Assembly (NCBI RefSeq): GCF_009914755.1
Contig: NC_060928.1
Source: the human T2T-CHM13v2.0 reference genome, Homo sapiens
Strand: one strand, 5' to 3'
Length of the DNA stretch: 64,000 bases
Shown piece by piece: positions 28,219 through 41,621 of this stretch. Positions within the stretch are counted from its first letter, which is position 1, and every line of letters begins with the position of its first letter. The position numbers and the translations under genes are program-made. The notes under the pieces are model-generated. The model had not been told where the DNA came from. It did not search any database and saw only the letters and a program-made list of their open reading frames with translations.

Positions 28219-31200
28219 TAAAGCTGGTGATGAAGCATGAACCATATTTTAAACATATAGATTTTTATCATTTATTACATACACACCCAATTTTATAATT
28301 ACCATTGAGATTAGTATTTTCTCAACTCATCATTTTATTCAGAATACATCCATTCTTTTCATAATTCAGTAAAGATGTATCGAAAGTCTAGTATGAACAA
28401 GATAAAATGGTCACTTCAGTAAGGACATTTATTTTGAAGTATGTTTACTCTTATCCATGCCTAATAATTCTCTCCAAAAGGTCGTTATAGCTTTTAATAC
28501 ACAATCTTCATAAGAAAGTTTTACATTTAAATTCAAGTTTAACAACGTAAAAAATTTATTTATGTTTACTGTATTTTGAACATTTATTAGAAACAAAGAG
28601 ACCATGGTTATATTCTATGCTTTAGTACCAGCATATACTTTTAAAATGTTAATGTTTATCAAATACTAATTTAAATACAAAACAGAATAAAAAACATCTT
28701 TGCTGTATAAATTCATAAATTACTTCAGCTGAAAGTCTTTTTGAAACAATATCCAAATATTATTTAACTGTTAATACTGATAACATTGTATGCCTTTTTT
28801 ATTTATCATTAAGATGTATCTGTTGGTAAGTTAATATATTTTGCAATGATGGTTTATATATTTATGGTATTGTACTTTTGAAAACTATAAAGCTATTTAT
28901 ATCATAGACAATATTAATGTATAGTGTAATTAATGTATAATGTTATATTACATTACAATTAGTAACCTCTGATATTTTTATCAATAGCATCTAATATATA
29001 AGGTGTAATGATATTATTTTTAAGTTTATATGTGCATAATCTATATAATATCTATGAATTATATACTATACATGAGATACTCAGGGGCTATTTTCATTTG
29101 AATTTCATGAAATAATTAGTTGTAAGAATTAACTAAGCAAGAGTGAGACTAAAAGTGATACGTGGATATAAACATTGAAAAGAATAAGTTCAGTGTATAC
29201 AGATGTTTTTACATTCCTGTTTGCTGTGATTATACAAAGTAGCTCTTAAATATTGTGTAAAATTAATTTAATCCCATACAGTAGGCTTAGTCAATCTTGA
29301 GCATATTGCTGTCATTTTTCATGGTGTATAATTTACAGATACACTTACATAAAAATGATCAAATACTTGTTAAATGTATGTTATGCAATGATCATTTAAA
29401 GTATTACGCTTATACTGTACTCATTTTTATTTTTGAACAAAATTTTGTTTCACAGTACATTAATTTCTATTATGTATTTTTGTACTTTCTCATTAACACA
29501 CTTTCACTATTTCAATAAACAAAACTAAACATGGTATTAGCTCTTTGTCTGTATGCTTCAGTAATTTCACCAAACAGCTGGAAGGCATATGCATGACTGT
29601 CGTAGACTATTGTTTTAATCATGTTTATTGCTTACAGTGTGTTTAAATTCTTATTACTTTGAACAACAGTGTTTATGTCTATAAATTGATTAATGGATTA
29701 TAATCTTAACATGAAATGGTGAAATCTACAGCTGGCTAAGTAGTGTGTTTTCTTCCAAATTACTTAAATTACAAATGTCAAGCACATTGCATTCACCATT
29801 TAACAGGAGAAGTAGCTTGCCAAGAAGTCCTTTTATTATTAGCTATTCTCAACATTGGTACAGCTGTTGGAAATCTAGCTATCCATTTCAAACAAGTCAT
29901 ATTATGAAATACAGTTTCCAAATATACAAAGTGTGTCTAAAAAAGCATTCCAAACTTCAAGTGATATATATGTTTTAACATTTTTTAATTAGCAATAATT
30001 GAAGAAGTTAACTTAGATTTATACTTAACTGTTTAAGAATGTTCACCGTGATTTTGAATAAAAGGAAGATCCTATGTTGAATAGTGATTGAAAACATTAC
30101 ATAACTAATTTATGAGTTATGCAAATTATAACATAATTTGATAATGGGTATTGAAAAACTTTATTATTTGTAGTACTAAAACCATCTGTCCTTTGTTATT
30201 GTCATTTCATATTACGTAAAAATTTAGATGTTACTAAAAATGTCTCTATTATCTTAGTAATCCCATATTTTGTTAAAATAATACTAATAAATGTATGTAA
30301 TTTTTGTCTTCTTTTGTTCTTATAATTCAGAGACTTTTCTACTTACAGTAATTTGTAAAAAAATGGATAGAATATAGTAACTTTCTTTCCTTTACATGCC
30401 TGCAGTCATATTCTGGTCATATTCTGGTGGTGGGAGAAATTATTAAAGGTCTTAATTGATTTACTAGTTAGAATGAAAAGTTCATTTATAATTCCTAACA
30501 GGACATCTAATTATTTTATCATAGACTTCATAGTGTATTATTGACCTGTAAACATTAAGAATTACATGATTAGAGAAGAGTGTTTACAAAGAAGTATACA
30601 CTGCATAATCTGACATCAACAATGCAAGATGACTTCAATATATGATTTTGAGGAGGTATAAGTAAATCTTAACTCACAAAAGACATACATACATTATTTT
30701 TTTTTTGTCATTTTTACATGCATACATTATGTCTTTTGTCATTATTTATGTATTACTATGCATTTTTATATCAATATTAGAATACAAAATGACAACTCAA
30801 TTTTTGTTTTAATTATTAAAAATGTAGCCAGTACCAGTAAATTAATATATTAAACAATGCTTGTTCTCACGCTTTATATATAGATAGCCTTGAGGCTTTC
30901 TCCACTTTCTACTAGTTTTAGAAATATCCCTTGCTCTTGTAGTATCCTGAGACACTTCTTCCATGAATTTCTAATTCTCCTTCTTACCTTTGTTCTGTTC
31001 TCACACCAGTTCTTATATTTTTTACCTTTGAATATGTTGCTAAATGACTTTCTTCTGAGTAATTCTTTCAATTTTGTAAATGTTTTTATAGTCCGAAGAA
31101 AACAATAAATTCACGATAATAATTGAATACTCACCAAGAAGAAGTTGAATCATAAGAGAAAAAAAGATTTAATTTAGATAAGATATTGATAATTTTCTTA

Positions 31201-32609
31201 GGCTCTGGGTTTCATGACCATCGTTTTGAGAAGAAAGAAATTCATCATTAATTTCCAAGGAGATAAACAAACATTACAGATATTCAGAGTGCTTTCATAT
31301 ATATAGATACATATATATATATATACTCTTCTTTGTAATAATAGCACAACTAAAAAATTTGTTGATTTTTATGAACCCAGACATACAAGTAGATCAGAAC
31401 AAATGCAAAAGTTTTTGTAAATTCGAATGCTAAATTTGGAAATACAAGAATAAATAATACTGAATACAATAAGGATCAAATATCAGATAATTGATCTGTA
31501 AAGGGAGTAGCTCTAAAATAGGAATAAATTGAAAAAAAGTCCTTTTACATAAAATCTTTAGCAATATAATCAGATGAAGAGGCGCATGTTTATTTTCTTT
31601 ATTTTTCTCTTTCTTTCTTTTTTTTTTTTTTATCTTGCCCTATTTTTCTATTCTCTTTCTGCAGCACTTCCTTCTTCTCATATTCAAATTTGAGTTAGGG
31701 ATAATAGATCATTTAGAAAAAAAAATTACAGACTGTTAAGTTTAGTATCAAGTCAAATACAAAACTCTTCAGATTTTTCTCCTTCTAATTATTTGAAACA
31801 TCTTTATATTTTCATATTTTTCTTCTGTATTATACCTTCTAAATTTTAAACATATCAAAATATAATTTGATAGCTATTTTGCAAGAATGTAAGTGTATTA
31901 ACTGCAGGAAGCTTAATAATGTTGTGCACTCTGATGAATGTCTTGAAAAAATATGTTAGAGAAAAATGTTGTAATGCCTACATTGGTATTTTACAAAATA
32001 ATATTTAAATATGTATTTGTTTACAATTTTGTTTTAGTGCAAATGTATCTAGATATTACATTGAAGGATGGTGAATTTGTAGGATGTTCTAGACTTACTT
32101 GTTCTAATAGATCTAATATACTTATAGCTCAAGGTCAGATTCAAGAGTTAAATTACTTAATATTCAGTTAGAAAACAATTAGACAAATTATATGTACTGT
32201 TACCAGTATCTATGTTCTTAAAATTTTCACATTAGTAAAATCCAAATGGTATTTTGAGAAGCCACAAAAATTGTAATTATTCTTTTCATGTCAGGAAAGA
32301 TTGTGAAATCTATTAAGAAGTGTTTTCAGAACAGCATTAACTTTGTGGGACAGAGGGAGATATACCAGAAATCTATAACAACAGATATAATTGCTTAAAC
32401 TAACACTATTGTACTCATTATAAAGGAGAAATCAGTGGGAATAATACGTTTATACAAACAGTAACAATTTTTAGAAGAGGCTATTTTAAGTATTCAATTG
32501 GGATCATTGTAATGTGTTTTACTATGACTAACTGGTATCTCTAGTTTGGTCATTATTTAATATCCCCAGTTAGTTCCTGCTAATATTTCTTTTCCAGAAT
32601 ACTTAAATC

Positions 32610-33110
32610 TGGAAAAAAGAGCAGCATCAATAAAAATGGCTTAAATTACAAATAGGAGAGTTTAGTTATTCAGGCATCTAAGAAGAAATTCAAAGGTATA
32701 AGAAGCATCAAATGAGGTTGTTTCCCCATGGGCTGCACTATGTCATTGAGGATCCACATTATTTCCTTCACTCCATTTTCTTGTTTATAACATCAATATA
32801 ATTATGAGTGTTTTCCATGATGTTCACCAAGTGGCTATCAGTAGCAATTAAGACTATATTCTGTTCCTTTCACATTCCTTGAAAAATTTCTCACCCTGAA
32901 GACCTAGAAAATCTTCTCAGAAGCCTATTGCATACCTCTTACAATTTCACAGGAAGAACTGGATTTTCTGCTCATTTATATGAATCAGTTATGAGAAAAG
33001 TTAAGAAGTCTACTCTTGAGTTATGGAGATGACCCTGACATGACAGTTTATGGACTGCAATGGGGGAAGGAGACACATGAATTAAAGGGTTTGTTTAGGA
33101 AGGCAGATCA
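32610..33110 (-). mobile_element. Ancient MaLR/ERVL LTR (MLT1K/L-like)
   Basis: TGGCTTAAA.., ATGTCATTGAGGATCC, CCAAGTGGCT, CTCAGAAGCC..CAGGAAGAACTGG weakly match antisense old MLT1. Confidence 0.5.
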
Positions 33111-33248
33111 GTGGAATGTATGCTGTTTAAGAAAATAAAAATGTTTCACATTTTCTAAAAAGAGCTCTGATTTTACTATTTTAACATTCTAAAAACTTCA
33201 AAGTCTCCAGTTGTCTAATTTTAACAAAGTCTACCCCCTTAACATATA

Positions 33249-33856
33249 TGCTAGTTTTAGATTACTTTCATTAACAGATTGCCATAAATTAGCAGCATAT
33301 AAAACAAAAATTTATTATCTACAGTTCTGTACATCAGCAGCCCAGTGTGAGTCTTGCAGACAAAAATCAGGATATTTACAAGGCTGTATTCTTCTCTAGG
33401 GATCTAGGGGAAAATAAATTTCCCTGCTTCTTTAGGATATTGGCAGATTTCAGTTCCTTGAAGTTGTGGGACTCGAGGTCTCTATGTCATGGGTGGCTGT
33501 CAGGTGAGAGTTATTGCTGGCTTCTAGATACCACCTACATGCCTTGGCTCGGCTCATGGATCCTTCCTTCATCTTCAAAGCCAGTGTACCAAATCAAGAG
33601 TCCCTCCCTGTCACACTTCAAATCTTTCCTGCGTCTTGCTCAGTCATCAAATTTTCTCTCATTGCAGGTTCTCCCTGGAAAGAATTTGTGTGATTAAATT
33701 GATCTAGCTAGATAATCTAGTATAATCTACCCACCTTAAGACCTGAATCCTTAATTGTATCTGCACATCTCTTATGTTATGTAAAGTAATATATTAACAG
33801 GTTCCAGGGATTGGGACATGGATATAAAGAAGGCAAGTGCCACGATAATACCACAC
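33249..33856 (-). mobile_element. MLT1E-like solo LTR
   Basis: ATTTATTATCTACAGTTCTG, TTGGCAGATTTCAGTTCCTTG..GTTGTGGGACT, CATCTTCAAAGCCAG, ACAGGTTCCAGGGATT..GACATGGA, ends TACCACA. Confidence 0.85.
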
Positions 33857-35269
33857 ATGATATTCAGGATATAGCACAGTAATTTAATATTCAGCAAAGT
33901 TTCTGGAGTTTTGTTTTTCTCCTGTGCAAAATGTGTTTCACTGCCACAACTTCTCAGTAGCCTGAAAATTATTTCCTGACTTCAAACATCCCCCTCACCA
34001 TTATCTGAATTTACTTTCAAGTCCTGATGGTGCGAGTTCCCTTTAAATCAATGCCAAGTAGATATCTGCTCTAAAACATTAAATTACATCAAATTATCTA
34101 AGTGCTATATTTTAACTTGTGTCTTTTTTTCTAACCATCCACAAATTACTAAAATCTGAGAAACGAAGGCTTAGAAAACAAAAATTAATTTTAATAATAT
34201 GCAAAATAAAGGAGTTAAAAAATGTTTCAATATGAAGTTTCAATATAATATTAGGGAAAATAATAGAAGTAAAAATGCCCCTGACTCTAAGTGAAAGTAG
34301 GAAAGGAATCAGAACACTGACAGGACTTTGTTTAAAAATTTATTAGCTCTTTTATGAAAAAGAAAACAAGGATTCAATCTATTTAACCTGCCCTTTCTGT
34401 CAAAATGCTTAGCATTATAAATAGGTATATTATTCAAAATGTCTTTTACCAAAAAAAAGAAACGTTTAAATGTAAAAATATTTCTACATTTGAAATTAAA
34501 ATTCAGAAAATAGTCACCCACTAATTTTTCTTTCTGACAGCACAATAAAAAGAAAAAAAAAGAGTTGGTGATATTCAAAGACAAGTAAATATCTTCTACA
34601 TGTATTATCCTTGGACTCCCGCTCAAGTTACGCTGCCTGTTTGTTCACAGGTGAAAAAGTCTTATAACGTGTTTAGTGGAGAGATTACTCTCTATTTGAT
34701 TAAGAACAAGAAATGAGAATCCATTGCTTTCTTTATGGACTCACTTATCTATAGGAAGCAATGTAATGAATTTATGAACTATTTTTTAAAAAACGTTGAA
34801 TTACTTCTCAGGCTTGAAAATAGTATTTTTGTCATTCTCCTGTATAACAAGATGCAAGATCTGCTTTTCCACCATATACAGTCTAGATTTCTGATTACCA
34901 AGATATATTCTTACTCACACTCTTTCTTACAACATGATTAGCTAGTATATTCACACACACAGTTGAGCTTTAGACTTAAAAAATCTGCTGATTTCCCACT
35001 ACCAATAGGATAAATTAATTAAATCTAAACATATCATGCCTTCACAATCACCAAACCACATATCCAAATTCATTTGCCTTTCATGTTTCTAAACTCTAAC
35101 CATAAATAACTTTTTATATCTAGCTGATCATTTGGAAATTTTAAAATTTAAATGCCTTTATTCATAGTATTTATTCTGCCCTAAGATGCCTTTCTTCTAG
35201 TTTCCTACATGATGTTTAAAATTATACTATCCTCTTAATATCATGCTCAACTAATTTCACATCCCTTAA

Positions 35270-35500
35270 GGAAGCATGGCAGAGTAGAAAAATGACACGT
35301 GGGCCTTGGGTTTAATTTGAATTTGGTTGAACAAATTTTGCCTTTCTCTAGGTATATGACATTTGGGAAAATTAAATCACATACTCTAGGAATTATTTCT
35401 TATCTGTAAAAATAAGAATGATAATACATTACATATAGTTTTAATAAGTTTTCCTCAAGTAAGGTATTAAGCACTTGGCTCAATGTTTGACTTGATAGCA
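35270..35500 (+). mobile_element. MIR
   Basis: AAGCATGGCAGAGTAGAAAA start; TTTCTTATCTGTAAAAATAAGAATGATAATAC core. Confidence 0.7.
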
Positions 35501-36364
35501 AAGAAATATTCTCTTTTTCTTGTTCTTGATAAGAATGGATTTGAAAGTTTATAAAATACTTGGACATGCTGCCAAAGAAGAAAGTCATAAAGGTTGGTCC
35601 TTTTTCTCCCTCAACATTGCATGCATAAAATCCCGGTCTTTTTTTTTTAATCCCATGGGTCACTCATCTAGAGTGCTACATTCTGCAATTGCAATCAACA
35701 TTCCTCTTTATTTGCATAATGGCCCCACCAATAAGGGCAACACAATCATTCTTCCTCTGTTTTACTCAGATGTCCTTCTTGATGTAAGTTCACCAATGTA
35801 TTTAATTATAAATTAATCTATAAATAACCCATTCTATATTAAATTGCAGATTAAAAAGAGAGAATAAAATAAATTGGTAAAAGTGATGAAAAATACAAGA
35901 ATGAAAATTCTGATGATAATGTAAAATAGAAACAGTAAAAGAGAGAACAGAACACAGAGAGAGCATGACAGTGTACTGAAAAGAGAGTATGCATGAAGGG
36001 GAGGGAGTGAGGGAGAGAAAGAGTGAGAAAGGAAAAAGGGAAGCAAGCATTAAAGTATGGAACACTACTTGAGATTTTATTTGCTATTCATCATAAATAG
36101 ATATAATATGTTTATAATTTTCTTCCTCTATTTCCACTATACTTCAAATATTCTCAGAACCTTAGATGTGGAGGTATTATTTGTCTCCCTTGTAGAATAA
36201 TTCAAGCATTATTCCTGAATGGTCTGAAGCTTGGTGGTCCTGTCTGTATTTGACTGCGATTATTTATCATTGTATTCTGCATCCCAGGGGACCTCCTGGG
36301 TTCCATACATATACTCCTTACTTCCCCAACTGGAGCAACATTATTTCACTTTAATACTACTACT

Positions 36365-36565
36365 AGAAGTAAACATGTATGTATCACTTATTATGTAACA
36401 GGTACTTTTCAAAGAGCTTTGGAAATTTAACTATTAGTAATCAAATTGTATAGATGAGAAAATTGTGAAATAAATATTAGGTAACTTTGCTCATGGTTAT
36501 ACAGCTAGAAATTAAACCCATGCAGTTCAGCTACAGAGTTCATGATAACCACTTTTTATTCTGCT
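36365..36565 (-). mobile_element. MIR
   Basis: CACTTATTATGT..CAGGTACT, TATAGATGAGAAAAT, GTAACTTTGCTCATGGTTATACAGCTAG. Confidence 0.75.
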
Positions 36566-36589
36566 TTGTCACCTGAGGCTTAATTACAC

Positions 36590-37660
36590 TAGGCACTATT
36601 TTAACTTTTTGGCTATTGGCTCACTGGTAGGAGAAGTCAAAATGAACAGGTCTACCACATTTGGAGACATTTGTTCAATAGATAGTAAGACCTCTTAGAC
36701 AACAGATCTCGAAGTGACAAAGTTAGAGAACCGGCACACTTAAAAGAAAGTTACTTGTGTACGTTGCTACTTAGACTCTTATATTCAGGCTATAGAAGAT
36801 TAATAACACTTTATAAAGGCCAATGGTTCAGAATATGCTGCATCTTGCAGGCCAAAATTCGAATATCCCAAGATCATGGTCTCAGCTAACACAGAAAAAC
36901 AAAAAGGTCCTCAGTAAGCTATTCTATTATTCTACTAAGGTACTACTTTGAAGTCAGTTAAAAGGTATTGCATAACGTTTATCATTATGTACTCAGCAAA
37001 TGTGTTAATGTGACTGAAACTCATGAATAATAGCCTAGTACCTCATTTTTACTTGTTTTAGTTCTTTGTTTAGAAACAAAATTAATGGGATACCTTTAGT
37101 ATCAATATAGCACTCGGTAAGAATTTTTTTTTTTTAGTGTTGATATAGCACTTGGTAAGAATTTTTTTTTCTGACAGAAATATATTGTCTAGGGAAAGGA
37201 AATCATTATCCAGAATATGTGTCATTCCAGTGAAGGCAAATTGTTTTCCCTTACCATGATAAACGTGGTTCGGGAAAATCAACCTTTCTCCTTGTAGCTA
37301 GTTCTTCTAAGGTAGACCACCATACGGGTTCTTCTATAGTTGGGCACCATATTGGTCTCTGCTGCTGGCAGATTGGGCACTCTTTTGTATTGGCTTGTCT
37401 GTGTCTTTTGATAAAAAGAGATTTCTGGTTTTGAGTTCATACATAATCTTTACCACTGCCCTCATGGCCACTTTGTTTGAGAGAACTTTGACAAGCACAT
37501 GAAGGGATTATTGATATCCACTAAATAGGTCATATTGTCTAATTGATTATGGAGAACCTTACTGATAGTGGGTGTTCTTGATGAGCATGACATGGGACAA
37601 ATATTGTCCCAGATTTTCAGTTCACTCTGATAATCAATCCTTATACTTTTCCACAGGACC
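36590..37660 (-). pseudogene. ERVL internal fossil: end of RNase H, integrase and downstream region
   Basis: Minus strand encodes degraded HERV-L pol motifs: HAHQ, NQLDNMTYLVD (cf. NQVDRMTRSVD), KQSGHEG (HEQSGHGG), ECPICQQQRP (zinc finger), VDF..SW.GKQFAFTG (VDYIGPLPSWKGQRFVLTG), LQDAAYSEP (LQKAVYALN). Confidence 0.85.
37095..37170. repeat. 38-bp tandem duplication
   Basis: TTTAGTATCAATATAGCACTCGGTAAGAATTTTT followed by TTTAGTGTTGATATAGCACTTGGTAAGAATTTTT. Confidence 0.9.
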
Positions 37661-38061
37661 AATCATGTTAATTAATAAATTAATCAGTAACTGGGAAGAA
37701 AATAGTTCAACAGGCTTAAAACCTATTTCTTAACTTTATCATAGAAGACAGATATCCTGGTAAAAATACTTGAATAAAAGATAACAGGAAGTCTTTATCT
37801 ACTAAATGCATTTGACAGAATGTCCCCAGTCTGTCTGGGAAGCTTATCATAAATAAACCTGAAGCTTTTGAATTTGGTAGACTATTACTTGCTGAAGGAT
37901 ATCATGTAAGTTTTGTAATAATGGGATATAAATAGAAATTGTGCCATAACAGAAATATTCTTACTCTTTAAACAATGTTCCACATGCATTCCTTAAATTT
38001 TATATGTGCATCCAAATTAAATATGACCTAATTGGGCAAGAGAGGACATACATTTGTGGAA

Positions 38062-38934
38062 TATTGCGGGATCTGGCCAGCCTCCCGCAATGCAATGGGG
38101 CTCTTTGTTTGTTCCCAGGTGGACTGGCAGGTTGAGAAATAATAGACACACACAAGATAGTGAAAGCTGGGTCCAGAGGGGTCATCGCCTTCTGGTCCTG
38201 CGATGCTGCCAATGCACTGGATATACCAGCATTTATTATTATGTTTAGTGAGGGTGGGGGTAGGTTAGTGAGGGATTTAGGGTCATTTGATTATGAGGTG
38301 AGATGGTCACATGGGGATGAAGTAATTCTTTAACATACATCTGTATGCAGAAGTACAGTATACAGAGATAAGAATTTACAATATAGTGTGTGCATCAGTA
38401 ATTTCTAACAGAGCCTTAAAACAGAAACACAGTCTTTCCATAACCTATGATTAGCAAAATATTAATCAGCAGTAATAGTTGCAGCAAAAGCTGGTTACAA
38501 ACAATCCACAGAAACAGGATGTGAAGCTAGACAACCAGTTAGAACAGAAATTCTCAGAAGGGAGTATGCCTTCACCCTAAAGAGGCCTAGAAGAGCTGTG
38601 GCAAGATGAGGGCATTTATAGCCCTATCTTATCCATATGAACAGGTGCCCCTCATGCATCCATTTATAGGCTCTCCACAAGGGTCACATTCCATTCCCAG
38701 AGCTATGAACATCTGCTTTTCTGGGATAGGAATCTTGGTGATATGAAACCTCCCTGACTGCACATCTGTTCATAGGCTCTCCGCAGATGAAAGTACATCA
38801 TGCGCTGTTGGCTCATGCTGGCAGCCCAACCTGTCATTGTCTTTACACAATCCTGCATGCAATTTTGTATTTACAATAATCAGGAGCATTTCATTTTTTA
38901 TTCTGTAGCAACAGTTTCAGGGGGTCTCCCTACA
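38062..38934 (-). mobile_element. ERVK-class solo LTR, MER11D-like (873 bp)
   Basis: Minus strand begins TGTAGGGAGACCCCCTGAAAC; perfect 6-bp TSD GTGGAA at 38056-38061 and 38935-38940 (class II ERV hallmark); minus-strand AATAAA near 38235. Confidence 0.85.
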
Positions 38935-39014
38935 GTGGAACTGAGATTTCTTTTTTTTAACATCATCAAGAAAAGAATGTTTTGTTTATGTTTTGTTGTT
39001 GGCAGCATCCTTTA

Positions 39015-39380
<366 letters not shown>

Positions 39381-41412
39381 CTAGTGTTTCTCCTCTTTAT
39401 AATCATAACAGAATCAAGAATTATCCTTATATTACACCAAAGTTCTAATAATCTATAATTAAAGTATATCAATAGTGTACTACTTGTCCAAAGGCTGCAA
39501 TATAAACACTTTAAAAGTTGCGATTAGGATTATGAGACATTAGAAAGTCTATGTGCGAGTGCATCTCTCTGTGTGGTCAATGATTGATAATTTTTTAATG
39601 TGTCTTACATAGAATAAGAAAGGAAAACATATTTCACAAATACCAATAGCTAGAATATCTGAGTTATCATCTAGCTCCACTTGCTCTTTTTCATAGGATC
39701 ACAGTCACTTGTCTTGCCTCAAGTCCGACTGCTAGTTAGTTCATGATTTTAGACAAAAAATTCTGTCTCAGCTCTCAAGACAGTGCTCATTTTTCTGCAT
39801 AGTTCTTTTCATTCTATCTTTTCTAAAATAAGTTATAATAAGTTGATATCAAATCAAATGAAATGACAGCTGATTGGGGTGGTGGGGGGCAATAAATAGG
39901 GCTTAAATTCAGATGTTCTGTAGGCAAAAAAAAAAAAAATCTATGTATTTCCAAAGTAGATGTTGTCTTGCTGTATTGTCATACCTTGAAATTAAAGTAG
40001 GCTTTTTTTTGGGGGGGGGGTTGTAATTTTTCACATGCAAAAGCAAAATTTAGTAACTGAAGTTTACAAAAAAGATGATTCAGTGAAAAAAAAGAGTAAC
40101 ACTGGGTCTCTTCTCCTAAAAGTGGATCAAAATGCCTTAGAATGTAATAAAATACTCAATTATGATCACGGATGTGATTTAGACAATTACATATTTATAA
40201 ACAGCATAAAACCTTTTTTGACTTGTTGTTGAAACAAATCTTAAAAGTTTCTATAAGAGAGTAAAATGGATATTGAAATTTATGTAAATATGCAATTCAA
40301 ATTGTCTGAAAGGTAGGTATGTTTGTTTATTTCAGTTTAGAAATTGTTTATAATGTGTAAGAATAAATAGGTTTATATGTGTAAGCATAAGTAGGTCTAT
40401 ATAAAAAATTTCAGAGTTTTCTGGTTTAGTTTACCTTTGACATGTTTTTTACCAAGATTAATTTCACATTGAATAAAAACTTTGGTTTATCTATTTTTTA
40501 ATCTGCATCTGGATCTGGACTGCATTTCTTAATCAGGGTCTATGATCAATATATTGCTGAGTCTCCAATGTTATGGAGATTGGGGGTTCAATTTTAAATA
40601 ATGTAAAATAAAGTTCACATATATACAGTTAATTATTTAATTAGAACTATTTATGTCATTGTTTATTTCCCTCACTCATTATAATCAGTAATTGACTATC
40701 TTGATATATTATTATAAGCCAAGTCATATTTCCAAAATTCACATAGAAAGGCGAATGCATGCATCAACACAGCTATGGTTGAAAGTAGATACTAAACTGA
40801 AACTCACTTCTAGTATATCTGAACAGTAAATATTTCATGAAAGCACTTGAAGGAAGATGGGAATAATCCCTCAGTGTCCTGGGCAAGATTGCTCTTCTCA
40901 GATAATACCACTACATACAGTATTTATTGGCTTTTATACAGATCAGCAAGGTTTCAGACAAGATGTTGCTATGCTGACTGAATAATTTCAACTTCAATTG
41001 AATATGTAATGACTGCTTGAGCATCTGTGACAACATTCTTTGGAAAACACTATGTTAAAAACATTAAGAGGAATTAGTTTTTACAGAGAAATACAAGCCT
41101 CATTTTGCTTATACTTTCAGGTAACAACTAAATACTCAAAGTAATATATGACATATAAAAAGTATATCTACTAGAATCTGAAGGTATTAGTTTCCTGCAT
41201 GTATTTATATTGAGTTATTAGTTGTGTATAAAATTTAAAAGTTATTTTATATGATTAACTTTCATATATGTACTATATTAAACTATATTTATAATATTTT
41301 ACATTAGCAAAATTTCCTCATGTTTGATAGGTCAGTGATTTTCACTTTGTATTTTTATTAAACAATAAAGATAAAGTGGATATATAAAGTGGAGATAAAG
41401 AAACCCAGTGAC

Positions 41413-41621
41413 CACAGAGTAGAATAATAGACATTGGAGATTACAAAAGTGGGGATAGTAAGAGGGTAATGAGGGTTGAAAATTTGCCTGTTGGGTGCAG
41501 CGTTCAATATTGGGTAGTGATGGGTACAGCAAAATCTCAGACCTCATCACTATGCAATATATGCTTGCAAGGAACCTATACTTCTACCCCTTAAATATAT
41601 AAAATTAAAATAAAAAATAAA
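41413..41621 (+). mobile_element. L1PB3/4-like 3' terminal fragment
   Basis: GAATAATAGACATTGGAGA, GTGATGGGTACA..AAAATCTCAGAC..CACTATGCAATATAT, A-rich tail. Confidence 0.85.
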
